Shown: positions 40,882 through 51,202 of the stretch, piece by piece
How the letters are laid out: every line of letters starts with the position of its first letter
Position numbering within the stretch: the first letter of the stretch is position 1
DNA from: Syntrophales bacterium
Lineage (GTDB): Bacteria > Desulfobacterota > Syntrophia > Syntrophales > PHBD01
Length of the DNA: 64,000 bases
Reading direction: 5' to 3'
NCBI GenBank assembly: GCA_963668175.1
Contig: OY764159.1
Location: 928,001-992,000, forward strand
Notes under the pieces: generated by a model
Database searches by the model: none
What the model was told of the DNA's origin: nothing
The model's input: the letters and a program-made list of their open reading frames with translations, nothing else
Program-made: the position numbers and the translations under genes

Positions 40882-42376
40882 GCGTCTCCGTTCCTTGCGA
40901 CGTCTTGAGGATTTCCAGTTTCAGCTTGCCGATGACGCCCATCAAATCGAGCTGCCGTTCGGCGTCGCCCCGGATCAGGCGGATATGGGTCACATCGGCC
41001 GGCACCTGGTTCATGACGGCGTCGACGGTTATCCATTGCCCCGTATAGAGGACATTCCACGCGTGATAATAGAACCGTCCCTTCTGATAGACGATTCCCG
41101 CTTCGATCTGGGCGGGAATGCCCGCGGCCCTGGCCAGGGCGGCGACAAGGACGGCGTGTTCGTTGCAGTCCCCCACCCTGTTGACCAGCGTATCGAGGGC
41201 GTTGGGTATGGATAGGACGGGTCGCTTTTCAATATTCCTGTAGACCCAGTTCACGATCTTCTCCGCCTTGACCCTGGTTGTGTCGGTCGGTTTGACGATC
41301 TCTCTGGCCTTCTGGCGGATCATGTAGTCGCTTGCCTGGATGAAGGGCGTTGCCTTGATGAAATCGCCTCTGTTCCGGAGTATCTTGTTGACGCCGCCGG
41401 ACTCCTCCCTGACGACGGTCAGGATGCCGTTGCGGTAGGTTTGCCGGTCTCCTTCGAGGTCCAGGTTTCCCGCCGGTATGCCGTTCATTTTCACGACGAG
41501 CGTGTTCAGACGGGCCGTGTCCGCAATCGTAACGTTGGCCGGTATCGAGACCATTTCCGTCAGATCGGCGCTGGCTGAGCCTGATCGGGAGCTTAAGGCC
41601 TGCTCCCGGGCGACCCTTTCCATGCCGATCCCCATGATGCCTTCTTCCCTGACGACATCGCCGTTCCGGTCGATCCAGGCATACTGCCGCGCGCCCATGA
41701 AATCCATGGAGACCTTCCGGGCCCTGTAGCTTATGCCGCCCGCGACCACCGTTTCTTCGTCCATCATGGATACCGTCACCGGGCGCTGTCCCATGGATGT
41801 CGGATCGAAGGCATAAAGCGTCCTGCTCTGTCCGGGTTTAAGTCCCAGGCCCCAGGCCGTATCGAGGATGTTGTTCGCCAGTTGCGGCTTCTCCTTCAGG
41901 GGAATGTTCGCAGTCTTCTCTTCGCCCGCCGTCTTGTAATGGATATCCATGCTCCGGCCCTTGACCGAGCCCTGTAGGGAGAAACGAAAGAGATTTGACT
42001 GGAGGCTGAAGGAAAAGGATGACAGGGTCATGTCGGGATTGAGCTCGCTTTCCGTCCTGAAGCTCATCCCCTGGACGACGCCCATGGTATTGATGCGCAT
42101 GGATACCGATTCCTCCAGCCGGTACCCCAGGTCTGTGAGGGACATCCTGCGGTGCGCATGGCCTATCGTGTTTCCGTTCTGGATGATGGCCATCCATGTT
42201 TCCTTCGGGGACGATGCTTTGATCGGCGGTGATGCCGGAGCTGTGAATGGGGACGTGAAACTGCTGAAGAGGTTGAGGCGAAAGGCCAGAAGGACCAGAA
42301 AAACGAGGATGGATACCCCTCCCGCCAGCCAATGCCATTTATCTCTGGAAATGATCATAGGGTGCTTCAATACCAT
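40865..42376 (-). CDS. Membrane-anchored transglutaminase-like domain protein
   Basis: N-terminal TM; GDCNEH...RAAGIPA, YHAWN, W..VDA (Cys-His-Asp triad). Confidence 0.85.
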   Translation of the reverse strand: MVLKHPMIISRDKWHWLAGGVSILVFLVLLAFRLNLFSSFTSPFTAPASPPIKASSPKETWMAIIQNGNTIGHAHRRMSLTDLGYRLEESVSMRINTMGVVQGMSFRTESELNPDMTLSSFSFSLQSNLFRFSLQGSVKGRSMDIHYKTAGEEKTANIPLKEKPQLANNILDTAWGLGLKPGQSRTLYAFDPTSMGQRPVTVSMMDEETVVAGGISYRARKVSMDFMGARQYAWIDRNGDVVREEGIMGIGMERVAREQALSSRSGSASADLTEMVSIPANVTIADTARLNTLVVKMNGIPAGNLDLEGDRQTYRNGILTVVREESGGVNKILRNRGDFIKATPFIQASDYMIRQKAREIVKPTDTTRVKAEKIVNWVYRNIEKRPVLSIPNALDTLVNRVGDCNEHAVLVAALARAAGIPAQIEAGIVYQKGRFYYHAWNVLYTGQWITVDAVMNQVPADVTHIRLIRGDAERQLDLMGVIGKLKLEILKTSQGTETHDRNS

Positions 42377-42543
42377 TTCTCTTTCGGAAGAATTATAGGG
42401 AACAGACCGCCCCGTGTCAATAAAAACGCTGATTATCTTTGAAAATCCGACTTGTCAGGGGGGGCTTTTTTTGCTAACCTCAAATTATTCCGGTTACATC
42501 CGTCTCGCAGCCGGCTTGCCGGCGCCTCTATAAAAGGAAGAAA

Positions 42544-43536
42544 ATGGTTATGGAAGAAGGATCAGCAATTCAGAAAGCAAGGGAAGTCCTTAAAATCGAA
42601 GCAGAAAGCATCATCCAGCTTATCGATAAGGTCGATCAGAATTTTCATAAGGCGGTCGATATCATCTGTGCCTCAAAGGGCCGGGTAATTGTTTCGGGGA
42701 TCGGAAAATCCGGTCTCATCGGTAAAAAAATCGTGGCTACCCTGACCAGCACGGGGACCCAGGCCGTCTTCCTCCATCCCGTGGAAGGCATGCACGGGGA
42801 TCTCGGCCTCGTCACCCGGGAGGATGTCCTCATCGCCATTTCCAACAGCGGCGAAACCCCCGAATTGAATCTGCTCATCGAAAGCATCCGTACCATTGGA
42901 GCCTGTCTAATCGCCTTCACGGGGAATCCCCGATCGACTCTGGCCCAACTGAGTGATGTCGTGATCGATATCGGCGTCGAAAAGGAGGCCTGTCCTTTCG
43001 GCCTGGCCCCGACATCGAGCACGACGGCGGCCCTGGCCATGGGCGACGCCCTGGCCGTTGTCCTGATCGAGAAGAAGAGCTTCCGGGAGGAGGATTTCTA
43101 TAAGTTCCATCCGGGAGGAAACCTGGGATTGCGTCTGCGGGCGAAGGTCCGGGAGGTGACGGAGGGAGGAGAAAAAGTGCCGCGGGTTTTGCCCGGCGTT
43201 TCCTCCATTACGGCGATCACCGAAATGGACGGCAAAAACCTGGGTTTCGTGCTTGTCGCCGACCGGAGCGACCGGGTGCTCGGTATCCTGACCGACGGCG
43301 ATTTGCGTCGTCTGATCAGGAAGGGCCATAACTTCAACGAAAGCCGCATAGATGAGATCATGACGCCGTCGCCGAAGGTCATCGACGAGAATGCATCCGT
43401 GGCGGAAGCGATCGCGATCATGCAGAAATACGAAATCACGACACTGGTCGTTGTCAACGGCAACAAGGAACTTATAGGATACATCCATCTCCACGACCTG
43501 CTGGGAAGAGGAGGGAGTCTCAAAATATCCGTCTGA
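42544..43536 (+). CDS. kdsD: Arabinose-5-phosphate isomerase (KdsD/KpsF/GutQ; SIS plus CBS domains)
   Basis: GIGKSG, HGDLG, SNSGET, EACP.GLAPTSST, HPGG.LG, CBS pair. Confidence 0.93.
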   Translation: MVMEEGSAIQKAREVLKIEAESIIQLIDKVDQNFHKAVDIICASKGRVIVSGIGKSGLIGKKIVATLTSTGTQAVFLHPVEGMHGDLGLVTREDVLIAISNSGETPELNLLIESIRTIGACLIAFTGNPRSTLAQLSDVVIDIGVEKEACPFGLAPTSSTTAALAMGDALAVVLIEKKSFREEDFYKFHPGGNLGLRLRAKVREVTEGGEKVPRVLPGVSSITAITEMDGKNLGFVLVADRSDRVLGILTDGDLRRLIRKGHNFNESRIDEIMTPSPKVIDENASVAEAIAIMQKYEITTLVVVNGNKELIGYIHLHDLLGRGGSLKISV

Positions 43537-43575
43537 TATATCCATGATACACGTTACAGCCCAAGAAAGGAGCCC

Positions 43576-44541
43576 TTGACCCTTTTGATAACTTTCCAAT
43601 CACGGCGTTTTCCTGTAGACTGCAGCATCGCGGCTGCATATCGTCGGTGCCGCCTGGCGCTGGTCCTCATCATGCTTTTCATCTGCCCCGCCGCAGTCAC
43701 GGCCGCCGAATGGTCTCCCCTGGTCGGCCGGCTTACGGCGGACGGATTTGACAACCAAAGAATAAGCCGCCTCTTTGAGCGTCCGGAGGTGACTTTCGAG
43801 CCGGATTCCATGTCGAAGAAAATCGAGGCCCTCATCAAGAAGAAAGACCGGCGGTCTGCTGCATCCTGTCCGCGCTGCCGGGAGATCTATCAATCGTTTC
43901 TAAGGCCGGGCATCATCAACGAGGCCCGTGCTTATGCGAGAGAGAACAAGGACAGTCTCGACCGGATCGCTTCGAAATACTGCGTCCCCGGCGAGGTCGT
44001 GGTTGCCATTCTCGTCGTCGAAACGAGGCTCGGCAAGAACCTGGGCGACAAGAAGGCCTTCAACATCCTGGCCAGCATGGCCCTTGCCTCGAACCTGGAG
44101 ATGATCCGTCCTTACCTCGAACGCGATCTGATCACGGCGCGGACGGAGGATTTCGCCCGGAACCGATGCCGGCAAAAGTCCGATTGGGCCTATAACGAAC
44201 TCAAGGCGCTCATCCGGTATGCCGACACCAACGGCCTCGATCCCCTCGGCATCCCCGGCTCCATATACGGTGCCATCGGCCTGTGCCAGTTCATGCCTTC
44301 CAACACGACGATCTACGGCATTGATGCCGACGGCGACGGCCGCATCGATCTCTTCACCCCTCCTGACGCCTTGTTCAGCATCGGCAATTACCTCCACAAG
44401 AATGGATGGACCTGCCGGATCGGTAAGAATAAACAGTACAAGGCCATATTTGCCTATAATCACAGCCGCCTCTATACGGAAACGGTCCTGGCGGTGGCGA
44501 GCCGAATCCGCAGCGGCAGATCTGTTGCCATGGCCCGTTGA
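43576..44541 (+). CDS. Lytic murein transglycosylase, MltB family (start uncertain)
   Basis: VAIL.VET..G, GS.YGA.G..QFMPS, DADGDG.IDL, S.GNYL, YNHS..Y. Confidence 0.88.
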   Translation: MTLLITFQSRRFPVDCSIAAAYRRCRLALVLIMLFICPAAVTAAEWSPLVGRLTADGFDNQRISRLFERPEVTFEPDSMSKKIEALIKKKDRRSAASCPRCREIYQSFLRPGIINEARAYARENKDSLDRIASKYCVPGEVVVAILVVETRLGKNLGDKKAFNILASMALASNLEMIRPYLERDLITARTEDFARNRCRQKSDWAYNELKALIRYADTNGLDPLGIPGSIYGAIGLCQFMPSNTTIYGIDADGDGRIDLFTPPDALFSIGNYLHKNGWTCRIGKNKQYKAIFAYNHSRLYTETVLAVASRIRSGRSVAMAR

Positions 44542-44668
44542 ACCGGGTGCAGCGGCAAAGGCAATGATTATCCCCGGTAGGACACCGAGTTCCCTGTGCC
44601 GTTGCAGCCGGGGGAACGCATAAACCGGACAATCTGCAGAGAAAGTATTGGAAGGCGGGAAGGGGAAC

Positions 44669-45661
44669 ATGTCGTCAGACAGACCGGCCGGCGCTCCGCG
44701 GCCGAATGACCTTTTAGAGATCGTCCAGGAGAAGTATCGCAACATCTTCGATAATATCCAGGATGTCTATTACGAGATTGCCTTGGACGGCCGGATCCTG
44801 GAAGTATCGCCTTCGTGCCGTCAGATCTCCCGTTACAACCGGAACGATCTGATCGGACGGTCCATGTCCGACATTTATGCAGAGGCGGGGAAAAGGAACG
44901 CATTCCTCAAACAGATCCGCAAAAAGGGGAGCGTGAACGACTATGAAATCCTTCTCCGGGACAAGGACGGCACGCTCGTACCCTGCGCCATTTCAGCAAG
45001 ACTGACCAAATTCAAGACGGGCGTCTCTCCCCGGATCGTCGGTATCATGCGCGATATCTCGGAACGCAAGAGGGCGGAGGAAGACCTTCGTCACAGTCGC
45101 GACGAGCTGGAGCGCAGGGTGAAGGAAAGGACGGAGGACCTGGAAAAGACGAACGCCGCCCTCCGTGGGGAAATTGCCGAAAGGCGGCAGGTGGAAAAGG
45201 TCCTGAAGCGGAGAGAAAGAGAGCTTAAGGGAAAGTCCCTGCGCCTGGAGGAAACGAACGCCGCCCTCAAAGTGCTGCTCAAGCATCGGGAAGCGGATCG
45301 CGTGGAGCATGAGGAGTTGATCCTGACGAACGTCGGCGAACTGGTTCTCCCTTATCTGCAGAAGCTGAAGCGGATGCGGCTTACGGAAAAACAGGCGGCC
45401 TACATCCACGTCATCGAAACCAATCTGAACCAGATCGTTTCGCCCTTTCTCAAGAGGCTCACCTCGAAACATCTGAATCTTACTCCGCGGGAACTGCAGA
45501 TTGCCGATTTCATCAAAGGGGGGAAAACGACCAAGGATATCTCTGAACTGCTGGGCGTTTCCGTCAAGACCGTCGACTACCATCGCGACCATATTCGGGA
45601 CAAGCTCGGTTTGAAGCGACAGAAAGCCAACCTCCGTTCCTATCTCCTGTCCATGATGTAA
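44669..45661 (+). CDS. PAS-domain LuxR/GerE-type transcriptional regulator
   Basis: PAS ending RDISERK, coiled coil, LTPRELQIA..I..GKTTKDIS..L.VS.KTV..HR. Confidence 0.9.
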   Translation: MSSDRPAGAPRPNDLLEIVQEKYRNIFDNIQDVYYEIALDGRILEVSPSCRQISRYNRNDLIGRSMSDIYAEAGKRNAFLKQIRKKGSVNDYEILLRDKDGTLVPCAISARLTKFKTGVSPRIVGIMRDISERKRAEEDLRHSRDELERRVKERTEDLEKTNAALRGEIAERRQVEKVLKRRERELKGKSLRLEETNAALKVLLKHREADRVEHEELILTNVGELVLPYLQKLKRMRLTEKQAAYIHVIETNLNQIVSPFLKRLTSKHLNLTPRELQIADFIKGGKTTKDISELLGVSVKTVDYHRDHIRDKLGLKRQKANLRSYLLSMM

Positions 45662-45680
45662 TACGGGGTTTTCCCCAGTA
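45662..45680. promoter_or_regulatory. Palindromic putative operator upstream of the CoA-ligase operon
   Basis: TACGGGG-TTTT-CCCCAGTA imperfect inverted repeat. Confidence 0.45.
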
Positions 45681-45783
45681 ATATATCCGTATTGTACCAT
45701 AATTGAAATCCCGGCGCGGATCGTCTAACCTACGATCATCCCATAGCATCGTGAAAACGATGTCGATCATGTGAGGTGAGGCC

Positions 45784-47526
45784 ATGTACGAGAATAAACC
45801 CTGGCTGCGGTTTTACGGCCATGTTCCCGAAAACCTCGATTATCCCGGAGTGACGATGTACGAAGCCGTGATGAACACGGTGCGAAAATATCCTTCGGTC
45901 ATCGCCTACGACTTTCTGGGATACACCTCGACCTACGAACAGTTCGGCCGTGAAATCGATCGTTGCGCCGACGCCCTTGCACATCTTGGTTTGAAAAAAG
46001 GGGACCGGATCACGATTTCCATGCCGACATCCCCCCAGGGCATTATCTGCTTTTACGCCGCCAACAAGCTCGGGGCGGTGGCCAGCATGATCCATCCCCT
46101 CTCTCCCCCGAACGAGATTGCGTTCTATCTGAACGTCAGCAGGAGCCGCTTCGCCCTGACGCTCGATGCCTTTTACGGCAAGTTCGCGGAGGTCAAATCC
46201 AAAACGGGATTGCAGACCCTGATTCTCGCCCGTATACCCGATTATCTCGGATTGTTGAAGAGAATCGGCTTCAATCTGACCAAGGGACGGAAGATTCCTC
46301 CCGTCCCTCAGGACCCCATGGTCGTATGGTGGCGGGACCTTATGAAAGAGGGCTATCCTGCGGCGCCGAAGGCCGGGACCGGCACGGATGAGCTGGCCGT
46401 CATCCTCTACAGCGGCGGGACGACGGGAACGCCCAAGGGCATCATGCTTTCCAACAGAAACTTCATCAGCGAAGGCATGCAGGTCGCCGCTTGGGGAGGG
46501 ATGACCGACAAGGACGCCATTCTCGCGATCCTGCCGATATTTCATGGTTTCGGCCTCGGCGTCTGCGTGAATGCAGCATTCATGGGAGCGGCCAAGAGCA
46601 TCCTTGTTCCCCAGTTCAATCCGGAGATCGTCGCCGATCTCATCAAAAAGAAACGGCCGACGTTCATCGTGGGCGTTCCGACGCTTTTCGAGGCCCTCTG
46701 CCGCAATCCCGTCTTTCAGAACACGGACTTGAGCTGCCTGAAGGCCACGTTCTGCGGGGCGGACACTCTGCCCCGGACCGTCAAGGAGCGATTCGAGGGG
46801 ATCGTGAAGAGGCAGGGCGGCAATGTCCAACTCCTGGAGGGCTACGGTTTGACGGAGGCCGTAACGGCCATCATGGCGACGCCCATTGCGGAGTACAGGG
46901 AAGGAAGCGTCGGCATCCCCTTCCCCGATATGATGGTCAAGATCGTCCGCGTGGATACGACGGAAGAAGCGCCGCTCGGCGAAGAAGGCGAATTGTGCGT
47001 TCACGGTCCCGCCGTCATGATGGGCTATCTGGATCAGCCGGAGGAAACGGCTGCGACACTGAAACGGCACAGCGACGGGAAGATATGGCTCCATACGGGC
47101 GATATCGCCAGCATGGATAAGGACGGGTTCTTCTATTTCAAACTGCGCCTCAAGAGGATGATCAAGTCGTCCGGGATGAACGTTTATCCGGCCCAGGTGG
47201 AGGACGTTCTCTGCATGCATCCGGAGATTGCGCAGGCATGCGTGATCGGTGTGCCCGACGAGGCCCAGGTGGAACGCGTCAAGGGATTCGTCGTCCTGAA
47301 GGAAGGGGACAAGGGATGCGCGGAGATGGAAAAGGATATCATCGAGCACTGCAAGAAGCATTTGATCCTCTGGAGCTGCCCGCGGGAAATCGAGTTCCGG
47401 GAAGAGCTGCCGCTGACTCTCGTCGGAAAAGTGGCTTTCAACGTCCTTGAGGAGGAAGAGCTGGAGAAGCTGAAAGCGTGCGGCAAATATACAGGAACCA
47501 GGAAAAATAGGCCAAAGGAGGTCTGA
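45784..47526 (+). CDS. Acyl-CoA synthetase (long-chain fatty acid--CoA ligase family)
   Basis: YSGGTTGTPKG, EGYGLTE, WLHTGD, LPLT.VGK. Confidence 0.93.
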   Translation: MYENKPWLRFYGHVPENLDYPGVTMYEAVMNTVRKYPSVIAYDFLGYTSTYEQFGREIDRCADALAHLGLKKGDRITISMPTSPQGIICFYAANKLGAVASMIHPLSPPNEIAFYLNVSRSRFALTLDAFYGKFAEVKSKTGLQTLILARIPDYLGLLKRIGFNLTKGRKIPPVPQDPMVVWWRDLMKEGYPAAPKAGTGTDELAVILYSGGTTGTPKGIMLSNRNFISEGMQVAAWGGMTDKDAILAILPIFHGFGLGVCVNAAFMGAAKSILVPQFNPEIVADLIKKKRPTFIVGVPTLFEALCRNPVFQNTDLSCLKATFCGADTLPRTVKERFEGIVKRQGGNVQLLEGYGLTEAVTAIMATPIAEYREGSVGIPFPDMMVKIVRVDTTEEAPLGEEGELCVHGPAVMMGYLDQPEETAATLKRHSDGKIWLHTGDIASMDKDGFFYFKLRLKRMIKSSGMNVYPAQVEDVLCMHPEIAQACVIGVPDEAQVERVKGFVVLKEGDKGCAEMEKDIIEHCKKHLILWSCPREIEFREELPLTLVGKVAFNVLEEEELEKLKACGKYTGTRKNRPKEV

Positions 47527-48647
47527 TGAACCCATTCGGTCCGATCAACGACGTGATCAACGACCCGTTGAACTACGCCAGACGTTACAAAGAAAAGAGC
47601 GGAAACCCGATCGTCGGGTTCCTCTGTTCCTATACGCCGGAAGAGATTATCTTCGCCGCCGGTGCCCACCCTTTCCGTCTCTTTGCCTCCCAGGAGGCAA
47701 TACGTTTTGCCGACAGCCATTTACAGACCTATAGCTGTTCGCTCGTGAGAGGGGTTCTCGACGACGCCCTGGCCGGCCGGATCGATTTTCTCGACGGCGT
47801 CGTTTTTCCCCACACCTGCGATTCGATACAGCGCCTGTCCGATATCTGGCGTTTGAATATCCCCTTCGGCTTTCACCGGGATGTCGTTTTGCCGGTCAAA
47901 CTGAATACGGCGAGCGCCAGGCAGTATATGATCGACGTAATCAACAGGTTCAAATCGGATCTGGAAATCAGCCTCGGAAAGGAAATCACGGCCGATGCCC
48001 TGAAGGAGTCGATCGCCCTGTTTAACCAGATCAGGGCCGATCTCAGGAAGGTTTACACGATGAGGTCCGTACAGCCGGATATCCTCTCCGGCCGGGAACT
48101 CTCGGGCCTTATCAAGGCGTCGATGCTTATGGACAGGCGGCGCCTGGCGGAATCTTTATCGGATATCGTCCGCCTGCCATCGATGAAAAAAACGGATGGC
48201 AGCCTGCAGGGGCGGAAGCGCCTGATTCTCGCCGGCGGCTTGTGCAGCGATCCGGATGTCCACTCCGTTGTCGAGGACGCGGGCGGTGTGGCCGTCTGGG
48301 ACGATTTCTGCACGGGCTCCCGCTATATAGAAGGCGACGTCCCGGAAGACATGGAACCGACGGAAGCGATTGCCGAGAAGCTCATTAAGCGGGTTGTCTG
48401 CCCGGCAAAGCATGCCGACCTCCACGGCCGTGCGGACCATCTCATCAACGCGGCCAGGGAACGGAAGGCCGACGGCGTCGTATTCTTCCTCCTGAAATTC
48501 TGCGATCCCCATGCCTTCGATTATCCCTATCTCAAAAACCGCCTGGATGCCGAAGGCATCCCCAGCGCCCTTGTTGAAGTGGATGAACGCCCCGTTACGG
48601 AAGGCAGGATCAAGACCAGGCTCGAGGCCTTTTTGGAAATGATATAG
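47526..48647 (+). CDS. Benzoyl-CoA reductase/2-hydroxyacyl-CoA dehydratase family subunit (BzdN/BcrC-like)
   Basis: CSYTPEE, PHTCD, DDFCTGSR, KFCDPH. Confidence 0.85.
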   Translation: MNPFGPINDVINDPLNYARRYKEKSGNPIVGFLCSYTPEEIIFAAGAHPFRLFASQEAIRFADSHLQTYSCSLVRGVLDDALAGRIDFLDGVVFPHTCDSIQRLSDIWRLNIPFGFHRDVVLPVKLNTASARQYMIDVINRFKSDLEISLGKEITADALKESIALFNQIRADLRKVYTMRSVQPDILSGRELSGLIKASMLMDRRRLAESLSDIVRLPSMKKTDGSLQGRKRLILAGGLCSDPDVHSVVEDAGGVAVWDDFCTGSRYIEGDVPEDMEPTEAIAEKLIKRVVCPAKHADLHGRADHLINAARERKADGVVFFLLKFCDPHAFDYPYLKNRLDAEGIPSALVEVDERPVTEGRIKTRLEAFLEMI

Positions 48648-48686
48648 ACGGCGCCGCATGGCGGTCTTTGCAAACAGGAGACGACA

Positions 48687-49925
48687 ATGTCCGAAAAAGA
48701 GCAGGAAAAGGATAAGAGGAAGATCAAGTCCGTCAAGAAAATGAAGGACATCATGACGACTTACTACATCGAGGCGAAGACCGCGGACCAGACGGGGAAG
48801 AAAGTCGCCTGGATCACGAGCGGCGGACCGGTGGAACCCCTGATCGCCATGGATATCATCCCTGTTTATCCCGAGAACCACGGCGCCATGATCGGTGCGG
48901 CCAAGATGGGCGTCGATCTCTGCGAGAAGGCGGAAGGCCTGGGATATGCGAGCGACCTTTGCTCGTACGCTCGCTGCGATATCTCCTGCGCGACAGTGAA
49001 CGGCGGCCCCATCGGCGGCCTTCCCCGGCCGGACATGCTGATATGCTGCAACAACATCTGCGGAACGGTGCTGAAATGGTACGAAGTGCAGGCCCGTTAT
49101 TTCGATGTTCCGCTTTTTATCCTGGATACGCCCTTCTGCCACACCGGTTTTTCGCCGGAGGTTCGGAAGTACGTGCGCAGTCAGATCGACGAATATATCC
49201 TGTTTCTGGAAAAAGTCTGCAAACAGCGCTTCGATCACGACCGCATGAAGGAGGTCGGCAGGCTTTCCGTGAAGGGGCAGACTCTCTGGCAGGCCGTCCT
49301 GGACACGGCAACGGCCAAGCCCGCGCCGCTCAGCGCATTCGACGCCTTCTTCCACCTGGCTCTGATCGTGACCCTGAGGGGCACCCCGCAGGCCGTCGAT
49401 TATTATCAAGGCCTCCTGGAAGAGATGAACGAGCGGATCGCCGCCGGCATCGGCGTCGTCGAGAAAGAGGATCACCGGCTGCTCTGGGACAATCTGCCGA
49501 TATGGTACAGGACCAAATGGCTCTCCGAGAAGTTCGCGTCGTTCAATGCGTGTCTCGTGGCGGACACATACACCTCCGCCTGGTGCGGGTCCCTGAAGTA
49601 CATGGATGATGAGCGTTTCCTCGATTCAATGGCAGAGGGTTACACGAGGATTTACCTGAACATCGGTGTCGACGAGATGGCGAGAATCGTCATGGGCATG
49701 ATCGACAAGTACGGCGTGGACGGGATCGTCATGCACTCCAACAGAAGCTGCAAACCGTACTCCCTGGGACAATACGACATCCAGAAAATTGTGGAAAAGG
49801 AGAGAGGTATCCCTTCCCTCATGATCGAGGCGGACATGAACGACGAACGCTGTTTCTCCGAAAGCCAGGTCGATACGCGCATCGATTCGTTCATGGAAGT
49901 TATCCGCTCCCGGATGCGAGGATGA
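48687..49925 (+). CDS. Benzoyl-CoA reductase/2-hydroxyacyl-CoA dehydratase family subunit (BzdO/BcrB-like)
   Basis: YPENH, DLCSYAR, NNIC.TVLKWY, SNRSCK. Confidence 0.85.
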   Translation: MSEKEQEKDKRKIKSVKKMKDIMTTYYIEAKTADQTGKKVAWITSGGPVEPLIAMDIIPVYPENHGAMIGAAKMGVDLCEKAEGLGYASDLCSYARCDISCATVNGGPIGGLPRPDMLICCNNICGTVLKWYEVQARYFDVPLFILDTPFCHTGFSPEVRKYVRSQIDEYILFLEKVCKQRFDHDRMKEVGRLSVKGQTLWQAVLDTATAKPAPLSAFDAFFHLALIVTLRGTPQAVDYYQGLLEEMNERIAAGIGVVEKEDHRLLWDNLPIWYRTKWLSEKFASFNACLVADTYTSAWCGSLKYMDDERFLDSMAEGYTRIYLNIGVDEMARIVMGMIDKYGVDGIVMHSNRSCKPYSLGQYDIQKIVEKERGIPSLMIEADMNDERCFSESQVDTRIDSFMEVIRSRMRG

Positions 49926-49995
49926 TCGCTTTTTACAACCCCGGAGGACAAGAGAAGCGGGCATGGATGGATGCGTCCGCAGAAAAGGAATAGCT

Positions 49996-50796
49996 GTGTA
50001 TACGCTGGGTATCGATATCGGTTCGATAAGTACGAAGGCGGTTGTCCTGAACGAAACAGGATTGGTTCACACCAAGGTCGTGTTAACCGGTTATAATGCA
50101 GAAATGGCCGCCAGCAGGATATATACGGAAGTCCTTGCCGAAGCCGGATTGGCCCCGTCGTCGATCGGCCTGGTCGTGGCCACGGGGTACGGAAGAAAGA
50201 GCTGTTCCCAGGCCGGCAAGACCTATACCGAAATCATGTGTCACGCCGCAGGAGCCAGGTATCTCTGCCCGGATGTGAGGGGGATAATCGACATCGGCGG
50301 CCAGGACAGCAAGGCCATCCTCCTCGATGAAAGGGGGAAGGTCGCCAATTTTGTCATGAACGATAAATGTGCCGCCGGCACGGGTCGCTTTCTGGAAGTG
50401 ATGGCCAGGGCCCTGGAGGTCGATCTCGATGCCTTCGGCGCCTTATCCCTGCAATCCATGAATCCGTCCAAAATCAGCAGCCTCTGCACGGTATTCGCAG
50501 AATCCGAGGTCATCTCCCTCATCGCCAAGGGAGAAAACCGCGAAAATATTATAGCCGGCATTCATGAAGCGATCAGTTCCCGGGTATTGGCTATGGCCAG
50601 GCGCATAGGGCTGACCGGTCTGATCATGATGACGGGGGGGGTTGCCAAGAACATCGGTGTCGTCAGAGCCCTGGAAGCGGCCCTCGGGCAGGCTGTCGTC
50701 GTATCGGAGCATGCCCAGGTCAACGGGGCCATTGGTGCAGCCTGTCTGGCCATGACCCTGCTAAGGGGAGAAATGGGGAAAGATGACATTGCATAA
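49996..50796 (+). CDS. ASKHA ATPase activator (HgdC/BzdQ-type CoA-substrate enzyme activase)
   Basis: GIDIGS, TGYGR, DIGGQDSK, NDKCAAGTGRF, CTVFAESE; GTG start after AAGGA. Confidence 0.92.
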   Translation: MYTLGIDIGSISTKAVVLNETGLVHTKVVLTGYNAEMAASRIYTEVLAEAGLAPSSIGLVVATGYGRKSCSQAGKTYTEIMCHAAGARYLCPDVRGIIDIGGQDSKAILLDERGKVANFVMNDKCAAGTGRFLEVMARALEVDLDAFGALSLQSMNPSKISSLCTVFAESEVISLIAKGENRENIIAGIHEAISSRVLAMARRIGLTGLIMMTGGVAKNIGVVRALEAALGQAVVVSEHAQVNGAIGAACLAMTLLRGEMGKDDIA

Positions 50797-51202
50797 CCGC
50801 TGGGACGGAGATCACGTTTAACATTGAACCACATTCAGGCGTGAACGCAGGTCCCTGCGTCGTCATCAGAACGATAACAATATAAGAATCTGATATTAAA
50901 CGACATTCACATGATTGGTTTTTTTCGGCAGTTACTGATTAAGTAGGCTAAGTATGCTTTTTCATTCCATCGCAGATCGGCAGAAACGCAATTTATAGTC
51001 CGTCAAGCCTTGTGAAATGCCGAAATGGCGCATGTCCATTCCATTTCTGTAACAACCGCGACCGAAGTATCTCATTACCGGGTACAACCCTTTCGCTGCA
51101 ATAATTCGTAAACGCTTTTAGGTCCGATATTCAAAAATCTGAATTCATTCGCACAGCCGGGGAGATGGTCGCGGTACAAGACCATGTGCGACAAAGGAAA
51201 CG

